Shown piece by piece: positions 23,211-35,940 of a DNA stretch of 64,000 nt. A model generated the notes under the pieces. The model searched no databases. It saw only the letters and a program-made list of their open reading frames with translations, and had not been told where the DNA came from. Every line of letters starts with the position of its first letter. Position 1 is the first letter of the stretch. Source of the stretch: Carpediemonas membranifera BICM (lineage: Eukaryota; Protista; Fornicata); assembly GCA_019828565.1 (NCBI GenBank), contig JAHDYR010000062.1:10701-74700 (forward strand), read 5' to 3'. A program made the position numbers and the translations under genes.

Positions 23211-24740
23211 CTAGAAACACACAGCGCCACCTTAGGTCTTCAGAATACATTGCGCAAAGCTGACTTTTGAGCGAAAATCAACCGAATTAAGCGCTTAAAA
23301 CGGTTGATTTTAGCTAAAAATTCATCTGTTTTTACTTAATTCAGCTCATAAAAATCTGAACAGTGGTCGATTTTCCCTGAATTTAGCAATAGTAGACAAT
23401 ATCTGCACGACTTTGAACCTGAAAAGCTGCAGGTTGTGATCAAAGTTGATGAGCATTATGGTATGGAGGTTCCCACCCTGCTAGCGCTCAAGGACAGTCC
23501 GCATGTCCTCCCTGTCGTCGATACAGGTTTTGTCGACCGTGATCCAGCCTTCATGGCTCCTTTGGTCAACTGTACCCCCTTCGCTGGCATCTGCAAGGCT
23601 CACTCCAGCGTGCAGTTCCGCTATGTTTCGCATCTGCTGCAGGCAGTATGCTACATGCATGACCACGGGGTTGTCCATTGCGATATTAAGCCAGACAACT
23701 TCCTCTTCAGCAAGAGTCAGAAGGGATACCTCATTGATTTTGGGTCTGCAATGAGGAAGCCGGCTAATGGCGACGACAGGTGGGCCATACAACTGAGATT
23801 CGCATCCGAGTATCGCGGCACCCATGGATATTTGCCCCCAGAGCTTTTCTACGAGTACCTTGTCTCGCGCTCAGTGATTCCTGCTGCACGCGACACCTCC
23901 AAGCTCGCGCGCATGACGGCAGGGGCTCTTTCCGTCACTTCTTATGTCGTGACACCTGCATCGGACATTTACTCTTGCGGTATTGTCATTATGATGCTCG
24001 TTAACGGTCTCTCTAAGTCCCCCTTTGCCGCGAAGATGACTGAGAAGGGTCAACAACATATTGACCAGCGGAAGACGTCCAAGATTCGGAAGCTCGGTAA
24101 CTTGCTGAACTGGTGTCACTTCTATGGTGGACAGTTGCAGTTATCACCTCAGGCACAGAAACATTTCAAAGATTGCCTCGAGTGTGTCAACGTGAACTCT
24201 GAGCTCCCGATTCGCGGCACCACGCCACCTACTTGTCTCAGCCTGTACGACCTGGCAATGCAGATGCTCCACTTCGACCCTGCGAAGCGTCCCACTGCTG
24301 CCGAATGTCTTGAAAAGCTCAAGGTCATCATGCGCGTGCATGAATGCGTCGCCAAGCCGAGTCCGCTTCTGTTAGATGATACAGAAGAGGTCACCCTGTC
24401 TGCAGCTCAGCGAAAGAGACTGACCGACTGCTGTCAGCGAGGGTTTGAGGGTCAAGTCTTCTATCGGCGCTGCATAGTGTGTGGTAAAGACCTTCATGGA
24501 CGCGAGAACGTCAGCTGTGACACATGCCACAGGGGATACAGGCAGGTGAGCACCAATAAGTGCGCAAAAGGTGTGCGCGGAAGACTGCACAGGCAGTTTA
24601 TTGCAATGATTGAGCGGACGAAAAGAGATTGATACTTTCTGTGATGCAGGAATGAGATCAATGCTGCTGACAGGTCTCGAGATGGCAGAGGTGCTGGAGA
24701 AGAGAGAGCAGAAACAGAATCAGAAGTAAATGTCCTAAGG

Positions 24741-27021
24741 AGATGAAACAGAAGTAGCAAGCAATGTTTAATAACGTATGAACAGTCCTTTTGATGTTGT
24801 TTAGTGATTTTGTGCATTAACGACCGAGAACAGTGGAGTGCAACGCAGATGTTGGTTATTGATGGTAGATGGCGCGCTTTTGACGACAGCTGGTTGCTTT
24901 TGCAGTATAAAAAACCGCATAGCTGCCACTAGTTCCTTCCAATAATGCTTTCCCGCCATTTTGAGGTTGGAATGAAATTCCAAGCACCGTGCACTTTATG
25001 TAATTGCCCAATATCAACGCCACCCCCGCCCCCAGCGCCTCCACGCCCCACGCCAACGCCACCTCCGCCCCCTGGCGCTCAGTTCAGGAGATGTCCGATC
25101 GATAAGCCATAAACTGCACGGATCCACAAACGTGGATTGGCCTGAACGACAGCGCTGAGGCCCAAATAGGTGGTGAGACATTAAAAAGACTCATTTGCAA
25201 TCCATTTACTCAGTCCTCACCCTCTTACCACTTGTCTCGATCTCTGAATCATCCTCTATTGTGTTGTCCGCATGCTTCTGCTTTTCGGGCGACTCATGGG
25301 TCACCGCCGCGGTTTGTCCGAGACCAAATGCCATTCTTGCAAACGCCATAAGGTCTGGCGGGAATGTACTGCTTGTCGTCAGAGCATTGTAGATCTCAGG
25401 ACGGATATCTTTCGCCGTTGAGTAAACCATGCACAGATGACTGTGAACAATGAGGGTGCTCAAGCCCCTGACTGTATCGTTATCCTTCGGGATCATTCGG
25501 TTCTTCAGCAAGGAAGTGAAGTCGGCGAAGTGGATGATGATGACACCAATGATGTTGTGGAACTTTGACATCATGCTTTCTGTCTCACCCATCAGTTTCA
25601 GACGCTCCACAACGTTGTTGTAGAAGGGGGTCTTCGTTATGTTAAGGCGTGTGGAAAGTGCACCTTGCTTGTTCGCCTGGACAAAGATCCTCTGCTGCTG
25701 AAGAGCCACTGAGAGCAGGGCGTCGCTGGGGGCCACGTTTTCGTTATACTTAATCTTCTGGCTTGACAAACAGTCGTAGAGACAAAGCTGGTAAGCAATC
25801 CAGGCCCGAATAACTCGGACGTTGTTCTCCTGGAATGAGTGTTCCAGCTCGTGAAGGGTCGACTCACTGGCGTTGAAACCATCCATCCCAGAGATATCGA
25901 TGGTAATGGCAGAGTTTTTCGGCACGCTGCGAATCCACGTTTCAAGGCTTGTCTCTTCCTGGCGGCTGAGGTTCTTGAGTGGTACGATGACCTGCTGTTG
26001 TGTCGGGGCAGGCGTACCAGCGCGTCGCGGCGCCAGCTGTCTCAGCTTCTTTGTCTGCACCTTCTTCTTCGCAGACTTGGTGGTCTTGGGCTGAAGCTTG
26101 GATGCAGGCTTGGCGGTTTCTCCTACCGCGACAGGCACATCTTCAATGGGCTCTTGGGGAATCTCCGCCAGGAGATCTAGCTCTTCATGATAGACGGGCT
26201 GTCGGCGAAGAGATCGCGCAAGAAACGGTCGAATGCTCTGTCAAACTCACCAGAAATGACCGCGGCGATCTTTCGGGCCTGTCTTTTGTTTCTTTCTGAT
26301 GGGACAGGGCCACAAGTAAGCTCAATAGCAGCAATAAGCTGCTGCAAATGCAGTTCTGACTCCAGAGTGTCCATTGCTGCATAAGCTGCACATGAATCCA
26401 GCCTGGTCGATTCCTTCACGCGGCAGACAAGAAGAGAGACGTGCCAGGCATGGCACTCTCTCTGGCAATGGCAAGTCTTCAACGGGAAGCCGCGAACGCC
26501 TCGTTGATCTGTCTTGGCATTTGTTGAGGACAACACAGCTGTAAACGACAATCAGATGAAACAGAAGTAGCAAGCAATGTTTAATAACGTATGAACAGTC
26601 CTTTTGATGTTGTTTAGTGATTTTGTGCATTAACGACCGAGAACAGTGGAGTGCAACGCAGATGTTGGTTATTGATGGTAGATGGCGCGCTTTTGACGAC
26701 AGCTGGTTGCTTTTGCAGTATAAAAAACCGCATAGCTGCCACTAGTTCCTTCCAATAATGCTTTCCCGCCATTTTGAGGTTGGAATGAAATTCCAAGCAC
26801 CGTGCACTTTATGTAATTGCCCAATATCAACGCCACCCCCGCCCCCAGCGCCTCCACGCCCCACGCCAACGCCACCTCCGCCCCCTGGCGCTCAGTTCAG
26901 GAGATGTCCGATCGATAAGCCATAAACTGCACGGATCCACAAACGTGGATTGGCCTGAACGACAGCGCTGAGGCCCAAACAGGTGGTGAGACGTTAAAAA
27001 GACTCATTTGCAATCCATTTA
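24741..27021 (+). repeat. 468-bp near-identical direct repeat (24741-25208 and 26554-27021)
   Basis: Direct comparison shows very few substitutions. Each copy contains the CHTAAAGTGCR motif on the minus strand. Confidence 0.92.
25206..26374 (-). CDS. Hypothetical cargo protein (MDTLESELHLQ... joined to the 310-aa ORF by a frameshift at ~26190)
   Basis: Long protein-like ORF; no recognisable domain; start uncertain. Confidence 0.5.
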
Positions 27022-27040
27022 ACCACATCACTCTCTCTGA

Positions 27041-27643
27041 TCATTCATATTTGAAGGTTAGGGCATTAACAACCATGTGATCCTTCGCGCTGGAGTTAAG
27101 ACGATAAATGATGTAGTAGGTAAACTCTTCTTCATCAATCTTCTCGTCAACAAGCGCCTTATACCAAACCATGAACTCATTGGGAACGGTGACCATCACG
27201 AAGACAATCTTGCGTTCCATATCAGAGACACGGAAGGGGAAGTGCTGAGTCGCAAAGTCAGCTAGCGTCCTGCCGCTACAGGAAAGGGCGATCTTGCCCC
27301 AATGCAGGAACTCCAAGTGACGCTGCATGACGCTTGATGCTCGCTCAATGCTCGATACATGCTCGACACCACGAGAGGAAGATGATATTGTTCTCGTGAT
27401 GCTGTCCGTACCCGAGCACCGCACAACTCCGTCTCCATAGCTCTCCTGCAGAGCAGCCGTTTTCTCGTTGTAAATCGTCGCCGCGTTCTCTGTAGTTAGC
27501 CAGAACATCACAAATCGTTCCACACAGGAATCCTCGATCATGTTGATGCATTGACTTGCGGTCTCTATCTTAACACGCTTTATAGTGGTGTATAGAGCCG
27601 CAAGATGCTCAAATGCGATCCACTGTTGGCTGTCTGTCGTCAT
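27041..27643 (-). CDS. Hypothetical 200-aa cargo protein
   Basis: ATG-initiated ORF with globular-type composition; no recognisable motif. Confidence 0.55.
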   Translation of the reverse strand: MTTDSQQWIAFEHLAALYTTIKRVKIETASQCINMIEDSCVERFVMFWLTTENAATIYNEKTAALQESYGDGVVRCSGTDSITRTISSSSRGVEHVSSIERASSVMQRHLEFLHWGKIALSCSGRTLADFATQHFPFRVSDMERKIVFVMVTVPNEFMVWYKALVDEKIDEEEFTYYIIYRLNSSAKDHMVVNALTFKYE

Positions 27644-27902
27644 CGTTCAAATCCGATGTGCAGGTTATGGAACAGAGAGCGAGTTTCGCAATTGTGAGTG
27701 ACAACAGGAATGCACACTATCATGATCCCGCATGTTGCTACAGATGGATCAGAGGAAGAGGAGAACATTACAATGTCTTTAGATGATTACGAGAAATTGA
27801 TGTCTCTGAAAAAGCTCTCTAAGGAGGATAGAGAGCAGTTCCTCGGTGCAGGTGGCAAGAAGGCGGACTCTGAGCATGCAGGCGAAGAACTACTTGAGAT
27901 AC

Positions 27903-28265
27903 CTAGCGCGAAACCGGAGGCTGCCATACCACAGTGCTAGTGGTACCTGATGCTGCCTGTAGGTTGTCCTGCAGCCTTGATAGGTTGATCTCGCCGAAGT
28001 CCTTGAGGAACACACCCTTGACCTTACCCTCGGTGTTGATCTGGTAAGACGAGGGGGTGAGTCCATCCAGAGCGTGGATAAGGGCATGACGAAGAGAACA
28101 AGCCATCGCTTGCTTCTTCTTGTTGAGAGCTCGGACATCATCTGGCAGAATAGCCCAGCACACCTCTGAAACCGCAACAGGCATGGCTTGAGCACAATCG
28201 CGTTGAAAGTAGAATACTTCTTTTGCAATTGCAATCAGGATTTCTCGTTTTTGGGTCTTTTCCAT
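27903..28265 (-). CDS. Hypothetical 120-aa cargo protein
   Basis: ATG ~13 bp downstream of the CTTAAAGTGCA motif; its first 10 codons are duplicated at 50264-50293. Confidence 0.45.
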   Translation of the reverse strand: MEKTQKREILIAIAKEVFYFQRDCAQAMPVAVSEVCWAILPDDVRALNKKKQAMACSLRHALIHALDGLTPSSYQINTEGKVKGVFLKDFGEINLSRLQDNLQAASGTTSTVVWQPPVSR

Positions 28266-28778
28266 GATGCCTGTATGTGCACTTTAAGGTTGAAGATTGC
28301 TCACACAATTTGACTTTTCTTTATCGAATGGGATAAAGTTGAAGTAAATAAAGTACTATTCCGTTGCTAGGACAGCAAGGGGATGTTACAGTAGGAGTTT
28401 CAACACTTTTTGAGAGGATACCCCTCAGAGGTGACAGTGCAACACCCGAAATTTTGTCTATACACGTCATATACAAGGTCTAATGCATCTTTGCCAACCA
28501 CTTTTAGCGTTTGTATGTGTCAGACGATCGAGTTCTGAAGAGCGACTTTGGCCAAGTCATGCGACCTTATCCTGCACTGACGATACGGAAAACGATCATA
28601 AATATTTTTTGTGACATCGACATGCGCTAATAATGTGTCCAGAGGTAGAACTAGGCTAGTAGAAGACTGTCACCCACTTTGGGGATGATCCGACGACACC
28701 GATCAAAATCAATCAAGGATTCCGGGACTTGATTCTGGGACTTTAAGTCCCGGTTAGAGTACCGGAAAACGCAGCATG
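28236..28778 (-). mobile_element. Terminal segment of a CAT-terminated TIR element (end at 28778)
   Basis: 28236-28607 is near-identical to the reverse complement of 49922-50293, then a diverged homolog out to the CATG end. Contains the palindrome GGGACTTTAAGTCCC. Abuts the integrase fragment at HTAVERPF. Confidence 0.65.
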
Positions 28779-28788
28779 GCATACTGCA

Positions 28789-29886
28789 GTGGAGCGCCCT
28801 TTCCAACGGGTCGCCGTCGACACGGTGAAGCTGTTCCCCGAGAGAACGAAGACGGGTGTCTACCGGTATCTACTAGTGATGGTGGACATGTCCAGTCGGT
28901 GGGTAGAGCTTGCCCCCTTGATGACTCTCTCGGCAGCTGAGGCGGCAAGGGCTTTTGTCAACACGTGGGTGTTACGCTTTGGGGTTCCAAAGACCCTGCA
29001 GTCTGACGGTGGGACACAGTTCCGCAACTCAATCTTTTCGGGTCTCGCAGATCGGATCGGATTTGTGACTCACTATACCACCCCATATCACCCTCAGTCC
29101 AATGGTATAGTCGAGCGTGCCAACAGTTTGGTCGAGCGGATCTTGCGTGCCCGTCGCTATCATATCGCGTCAAATGAATGGATCGATAGCATCCCGATCG
29201 CCCAGTGGTTGCTCAATAATACCGCGAGAGTACCAACTCGGTTGACGCCGGCTGAAATTGTCTACGGGTTCTCGCCTGTTCGTTGTCCAGAAGAGGTTGT
29301 GTTCATACCGAGCGCGACTGATGTTATTAGCGAGGGTCAGGAAACCTGGCTGGCCGACGCCGCAGCATGCCGACACATCGCGGCCGAGAGGATTAAGGCA
29401 TCAGTCCTTTTCTCGCAGTCTGGACCAGACCCGCGGCCTGAGGTCACCTCCCCTCTCGTATTGGTGGTCTATCCCGAGCGCCCCCCGGATAAGCTGGCAG
29501 CAGGCCTCCGGGGCCCGATGAGACGTGTCGAGAATCACCATCAGCACAGCCGCCTGGTGGCCTATACGGTGGAAGACATGGTGACGGGTGTACGGTCCCG
29601 TGTGGACGCGTCACGAGTTCTGCCGTTTGAGGCCGGGAATTTGACTGATGAAGCGATCGCGAGGTTGTCGACGGTGATTGCTGCAGATTACATCTCTGAA
29701 CGGATTGTGGAATGTTCAGGTGACGGCGATGTTGAAGACATGACTTATCTGGTTGAATGGCGCGGTTACGAACAGGAAGAGGCAACATGGGAGCCATTCG
29801 TGAACTTAGATGGGAATAACTTGTTCCAAGACTTCTTGGATGCAAGAGAAGAAAGAAGAAAGAAATTTATGATGCTTGGATTCTGA
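28789..29886 (+). pseudogene. Integrase plus chromodomain fragment
   Basis: QSDGGTQF, YHPQSNGIVER, YLVEWRGYEQEEATWEPF. Confidence 0.9.
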
Positions 29887-31086
29887 CCCCGGGCTGAGCT
29901 TGTTTCCCGTTGTCTTGGAGCTGAGTGTGTGAAGCGAACTGTTTATAGGTAAACCGTCTAAAGGTAAAAATGGTCTAAACTACCGTGACAAGTGCCCCGG
30001 GGTACTGCCTATTTCCCGTGGCAAACTGGTCAGCAGCGTTTGCCTTGGGCTTTCGGTGCTACTGTCTCCGCGGAAAGCCGATTCCAATCACCCCAGAGGC
30101 CCTGTGGCCATCTCCGTGCAATTATGCTTTCCTGTCTCCCTGAGAGTTCGGCAACTATCCGGGGAGCCTGGGGGTCTGTCCTCGGGGCATTGACAGGCAG
30201 GATCGTCCTGCAGGACCTTGACTATGACACTCCTTGCTTCCCTGCAGTCCTTGTAGAGCCGTTCAGCCACGGCACCCTCTCGTCTGTCCGGTTCCCCAAT
30301 TCCATGCCCCCTCGACTCTGTTAAGAAGCCTACCCGAAGGCGGGGAAAGTGACTAAGTCCATGCTGTCTACCCCGGTTAGGTGGCGTGGGTCAGGGCATG
30401 GGTGGTGTACCCCCAGGCACTGGGCCTGGTTGTCCTGTTACCCCTTACAACATTTCGCTTGCACTACATGTCCTTGGTTTCCCATGTCGTTAACAAGGGC
30501 GGCAGGGGCACCTGTGCCCCTCCGACCCCCGTGGCCAGTCCCTGCAGTTTCCTTGGGGTCCCAACGAGTGAGGCACTGACAGATGCTCGGAGCCGTCGGA
30601 GCTTACTCAGTGTAGCTGGCTCCATGAACTGACAAGAGAAAGCGGTATGGTGCCGTAATCTGGATAGAAAATAAGTTGTTTTGGCCGTGGAATATCGATT
30701 CCAAACGGCGTTTCTACCAAAACGTTCTATCTGGCTCGTTCTGAGCACATAAAATGCTCGCGACTGGTTCATGGCCTTTGGAGGCCCTAGCGCGGAATAC
30801 TCTACTAATATGCAACCTGCTGTCGCTACTGGACATGTTGTGCGCGGTCTGAGACATGTTTTGACCAACCAAGACACGACAAGAATTCGTTTGTGTTTGA
30901 GAAGACTGATGTTGATTATATCACTCGCTAGCACCGCAGGACGTTTGATTCTCATCTCCCCGGGAACAATGATATCATTGTGGTCATCCTACGGCAACTA
31001 ACGAGTGTTAAACCATTTAGAGCTGAAACTGGGTCTTATCCTGCGGGTGCAGGATAAGTACCCGATGATAAATAGATGAGCGGATG

Positions 31087-31872
31087 ACAGGGCCAAGACG
31101 GCGACCCGGTACAGGCTGCGGCGGGCCAGGCTCTGGCCGCAGCCGAGAGCGCGGGAGAGCGAGGACAGGGTCTCCGGGGTGACGTACCTGTTTGAGCCGT
31201 TGCCCTTGAGATCGAAAACGCCGGCGTCAACGGCGTCGCGGACTATGCCGGAGTCGGTTTCGGCACGGCTGCGAGACGCCTCCCGCAGGAAGCGGAGCGC
31301 ACGATGCTCTCGCTGGAGCTGGACCAGCAGGCCGGCTGACAGATCGAGCAAGCCGCCTGCGTCCTTGCTCCACAGCGTGCCGGTGGAGAGGTGATCGAAG
31401 ATCCCTTCGAGGGGCACCTCAACGAAGTTAACGTAGCCAGCCAAGCACCGTCGAACCACATCGGCGAGCTGGTCTGCCTGCTTCGTGAAGCATCCCTCCA
31501 TCACACCCCCCACCGGCACACGGCAGAGCTCCCGAGCGGAAGTTGCCGGCACGGTGAAGATCCTAGGTAAGAAGAACAGAGGCGCACAAACCGCATCATG
31601 GGCATCTGGGAGGCATTCCCGCCGCTCTTGCGGATGGCCCTCTTCTGCAGGGCGCTCATCGCGCGGGCCTTATAGCGTTGCGTCCGAGCAATCGTCGCAA
31701 GGGCATTTTCGAGCACCTTGCGATAATCGTCATCAGTTAACTCCATCGAAAGCTCACGAATTTGGTCGAGCGCACGCGTATCCGCCATGTTTGGCCGCTT
31801 TTCCTCAGGAAAAAGCGACATATCCTGCACTTTTCCCAAATGACGAATGGAAGTGCCCATAGTGATCCCCAT
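31087..31872 (-). pseudogene. Truncated second copy of the antisense accessory gene (chromodomain part lost)
   Basis: 29-nt intron at 31563-31591 at the same position and phase as in copy 1; protein similar up to YRVAVLAL. Confidence 0.75.
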
Positions 31873-32573
31873 GACGGACTATTCACAATATTTATATCTC
31901 AAACACAGTCCACGAGACTTCTACCGTCCGTGGAGCAGTGCTTATGATGTTGGTTAACTTTCGGTACAGCGCAGAACAAAAAGAGCCAGAACTCGCCAAC
32001 GAAGCCGAATTGGGGCTCGAAAACCCCTTTTTCGGGCACTGTGTAAGAATGGGGCGGATCAGCCCAACGTACCAGAACTTTCTGTATGAGCGATGGCGAA
32101 ATGCCTAAAAATGCTCGGGGCGAGAATTCCCGAGCCGAGCGCGAGCCCCAGAGTGCCCGCGAGGGGGCGGGGCTGTGGTACGTCCTTTTTATACTTATAC
32201 AGGAGCTCCTGAACCCATATCTTAATTAGCAGCGCTGCATAGATCTTTTCCGAATCTTTTTGATATCATCCTCGAATCTTTCTGTCACACCTTACTACGC
32301 GTAATACCTCACTGGGAGGTTGCAATGAGACGTAATTCCAGAAGTTGGTTGTCGTTGTCCCGCCGATAATTCCAATAGTGGTTCGGCATGAGCGAGCGTA
32401 ATCCCAAGTTCGATTGGTGGCTCTAGCCCCACGTAATACCAGATGTTGGTTGTGGTGATGGCCGCACGACTGCTTGGCCATGGGGGGGAAGTGTAGTCAA
32501 TAATAGTATCTACCAATATCCCCTGAGGGGTGATACCTCTTTTACCTGTAAACTCTTTCTCTTCCAAACCACA

Positions 32574-35500
32574 GTAGGAGTGGATGGTGCGGACCATGTC
32601 CAGGATGAAGGGTCCAGCGATGGCGGCGCGGATGTACGCCTTCTTGGGCGGGCGGGGACCAGCAGCAGCCTTGAGTGTTTTGCGAAGGGTCGCTGCGACT
32701 GTGTCCAAGTTCGCTCCGTCGACGCCGAGGTTGAGAATCACGGCGTCCACGTCATACAGGTCGTACTGCCGGGCTTTCCACTGAGACTGCTTGTTATAGT
32801 CTCTGCTGCTCATCGAGATGCACGTAGGTGCCGCTTCGCCAGTAGCCTTGCAGTGTTCATGCGTACTGCAGATATCCTGATGACTTCGCCCTGTATAGCG
32901 TCGTGTCGTGTCCGATGTCGGTTGTAGCTTCGGTTACAACAATCGGCAGCGTGCCACCAGTCAGGCTTCTCTGTCGCACGGATGTCAGCTCGTCCGTGAA
33001 GTGGTGGATGCCGACGCCGGCTCTCCGCCCCCTGCCTGGTTCCTTCGATCGACGGAGGCATGAGGGGCACACCCTCTTGCCGTTCACCACGTGGTGGCCG
33101 AGGGCTGCCGGTGCCAGTCCCGTCGCCAGCCGCATCGCAGCCAGCCTGGCCCCCATCTCGACAACGTTGCGGAACTCGCCCACCAGGAGGCACCTGGTGA
33201 GCTCCTTCGTGTGGGTGTAGGGCTGCGTCTTCCGCCACTCGTCGTACATGGATTCGTTGCGGGCTGCCTGACCTCCACCTGCCTTCGTCGGTCTCTTCTC
33301 GCCCTCCATCATGCCGGCGACCCAATCTGTCCGAGGGTCGGTGTCGTCTCCCGTGTATGGCTCGATGAAGTTGGGCTCGGCGACTCCCAGGCCGATGAGG
33401 TCACTCCGGCTCCCCCAGTAGGCGGCATACCAGCTTGCTGCAGTTCGAATGAACCCCAGCCCACCGTCACGCACCTTCAGGAACATCTGATCCGTGAGGG
33501 AAGCCCGTCCCCCGCGCACGTGGAGGATGTCAGCAACGAAGTCTGCCTGCGCCCGGTCCAGCCTGTCGGCCATCTCGTGGTTTGGTGGGGTGCCTCGGAA
33601 CATCAAGTTGAGGCTGGGGATTGTGCCCTTCACCACCATCTCGTAGGCGTGCACTGTCCTCTCAGCTTCGGTGCCGAGCGAGTGTTCATCCACCAGTGTC
33701 TTGATGGCGATCAGCTCTTCCTCGAAGGCGCGGACCTGCTCCTCCTGCCACGACCTCACGAACTCGTCCGGGCCGATGGGGACCCCAACGAAGACTGCCC
33801 TGTCTGTAATCTCGACGGGCCCGAGGTCTGCGGTCACTGCTGCGGGGTCGACGCAGAGTACTTTCGTCTTCCTCAGGTTGACGCTGAGACCGAGCCTCGC
33901 CGCCGCCGTCTTCAGCCGCTCGATCTCGTCTGCGATGTGGTTCGGGTCGACCACCATGCAGCACAGGTCGTCCAGGTATGCCTGTCGCTCGATGTCCGAC
34001 ATGTCTCCCGCCGTCTCCTCCGTGATGATGTCGAGAACCACCCGCATGGTGAGGCTAAAGAAGAGGGGCCCCAGTGGGTCCCCCTGCTGCACCCCAGTCT
34101 TCGATGCCGCCGCCATAACTCTGCCAGACGGGTGTTCGTACAGGAGCGGGGCTGACCGTTGGTAGTACAGGTCGAAGTACGGCAAGAGGAGGGGGTACAC
34201 CTGTCTGATCATGTCCCGGATCGGCTCCCTTGAGACGGAGTTGAATGCGTTTGTGAAATCCGCCAGGAGGATGTACCTCTCTTCGGTGTACGCCTTCTGT
34301 ACCCGGTCAACGATCCTCTCGATGCCGCAGCTCTCACCCAGTCCATATTGGCCGGGCAGGTACGTGGCTGGGGACGCGATGCCACATGCCTTCTTCGCCA
34401 ACAGCTTGCCTGTCAGACGCCTGTACGTCTCGCCAATGGCGATGGGTCTGGCCTTCCCCTCGCCCTTGTGGAGGAGGGTAAAGATGGCCCCGCGCGTGCA
34501 CTGTGCCGAGCTCTTCCCCTCTGCGATGTCCTTCATGATGGCTGTGATCGAGTCCCAGAAGCCGTCCTGCGGGGGCGACTCGCCCGTGTCGTCGCTCCAT
34601 CTGTTACCGCCCTTTCGGGCCATCTCCGCCAGCGTCCGGACCGAGGTTCCTGAGGGCCCTGCGCATGACTCCCGGTTCATCTTCCGGAAGGTTGCCGCCG
34701 CGTCCTCCTTCGTTATCTCAGGCGCCGTGACTCGGTTGCCCGCTGTGTCGAGTCGCTGCCTGGTCGTCGTCGGGATGGGGACTCGTGGGAGGCTGGCCGG
34801 GTCGGGGTGGAGCCTCTGGATCTCCGCCTCTGCCTCCTCCACTGTGAGCGCGTCGTGGTCGGGCGCTATGAGGGCTCGGCGAGCTTTGCCTAGGAGCCCC
34901 TGCTGGCACAGTTTGAATGCCCTGGCGACCTTCGACTGCGCCGTCCTGACCTGCGACGATGCGAGGCCCACTGCTCTCGTGACGTACGGTGCAAGGAGGA
35001 CCTGCCTCGTGGCCTGCCTCTTTGACTCACCCGACGCCGACTTCATCTCCTCGAGCTGCTCCACGAGGTGTCGGCGTGCTTCCTTGGCTCCCACGGCCGA
35101 GAGATGCTGCTTCCCCATGAAGAGGGATGAGTTAGGGTTCGCCGGCAGGACGAAGTCGTGTTCGTTGGGCAGTTGACCGCCTGCGACCGGGTGCATGGTC
35201 TGGTCGACCGTCGCTGCTGTGTCCCTGTCTCGGCGTTCCGTCCGGTCGGTCCCTGCCGATTCTTCCGGAAGCGTCTCGCCTGGCGAGTCTCTCAGCTCCC
35301 GGAGCCTGTCGATTGCCTGGCCGAATGGGGCCTCCTGACCCGCGTCCGACTGCGTACCATGGCACCACTCGAGGTGTTTGACGAACGTTCTGTTCTGGGT
35401 GGACGGCTTGACGGTCCAGCCGCAGCGAGTGCACATGTGGAGGTGACTCCAGCTCTGGCCTGACGAGGAGTTCCCAACCTTCATCGCCTGCGGTAGGCGG

Positions 35501-35940
35501 TCCTGGTGCCTGGTGAAGATGGATCTCAGGAGGTCACGAATCTCCCTGAGCTGCGCAGCGCGGTCGGTGGCCTCGTCGCTGAGGATGACCTTCGCCAGGA
35601 TGGCCCTGTGCTGGGCCGCGCTCATGAGGGCTGCCTCACATGGGAGCTGCGCCCCGTCGTCCTGGCTGGCTGTTGGCTCTTCTTCGACGCCGTCGGCGCA
35701 CTCGGCTAGCTCATCGTGGGCGTCCACCGCCTCCAGCTGGACTTCTGCCGGCTCAGCCTGCCCTGTCGCGGGCTCAGCCCGAGGGTCTACTGGCGCCGGG
35801 ACCTCCGACAGGCGGACTTCCGGCGGCCAGTTGTGGGACGAGAGAGGGCAGGCTTCATTGAATTCATTACGTAAATATGCTTTATCCTGCTCGCTATCTT
35901 CAGCGAGCTCGTTTCGCTCGGCTAGATGAACGTGAAGCAT
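32574..35940 (-). mobile_element. Non-LTR retrotransposon of the RLE type (CRE-like); C-terminus frameshifted and degenerate
   Basis: N-terminal C2H2 (CTRC...HLEWCH); RT motifs RPIAIGETYRRL, DFTNAFN, QQGDPLGPLFF, YLDD; C-terminal CPSC, then HAADC...RHDAI in a shifted frame. 5' boundary uncertain. Confidence 0.85.

Larger units (their letters stand above)
17353..23250 (-). pseudogene. IS630/Tc1 DDE transposase, split by LTR element 2 and frameshifted at ~17870
   Basis: MYSEDLRWRCVFL (ATG 23250) joins ATIYGWSFREIA across the CTAG TSD. Motifs IFADET, LDNASIH, FLPPYSPHLNPIE. Confidence 0.88.
16509..23389. mobile_element. IS630/Tc1-mariner-like DNA transposon (~1.96 kb without the nested LTR element), two convergent genes
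   Basis: Imperfect TIRs starting TTGCT...TTCA...AAATC(A/G)ACCAC...CTGAATTAAG. TA on both sides (16507-08, 23390-91). Removing it restores the kinase frame. Confidence 0.8.
16451..24632 (+). pseudogene. Ser/Thr protein kinase gene with Cys-rich C-terminus, interrupted by the IS630-like transposon
   Basis: HCDIKPDN, DFG and GTHGYLPPE motifs in 23436-24632. N-terminus MVFELDSDKLERLTSLPGN (16451-16508) joins in frame to SRQYLHDFEPEKLQVVIK (from 23392) when the element and one TA are removed. Confidence 0.75.
28779..32573 (+). mobile_element. 5'-truncated, internally rearranged relative of LTR element 1
   Basis: Integrase-chromodomain ORF similar to element 1. 31087-32573 is homologous to ~14715-16207. 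PPT plus 82-bp LTR at 32492-32573. Confidence 0.85.

Noticed and set aside
29890-31086. Foreign segment inside the truncated LTR copy with a possible CAT terminus at 31086
   Set aside because: No matching second terminus, TSD or recognisable ORF.
32295-32813. LTR apparently derived from the LINE coding region
   Set aside because: The frame is not conserved in element 1 LTRs; simpler as chance read-through of the LINE C-terminus into an inserted LTR.
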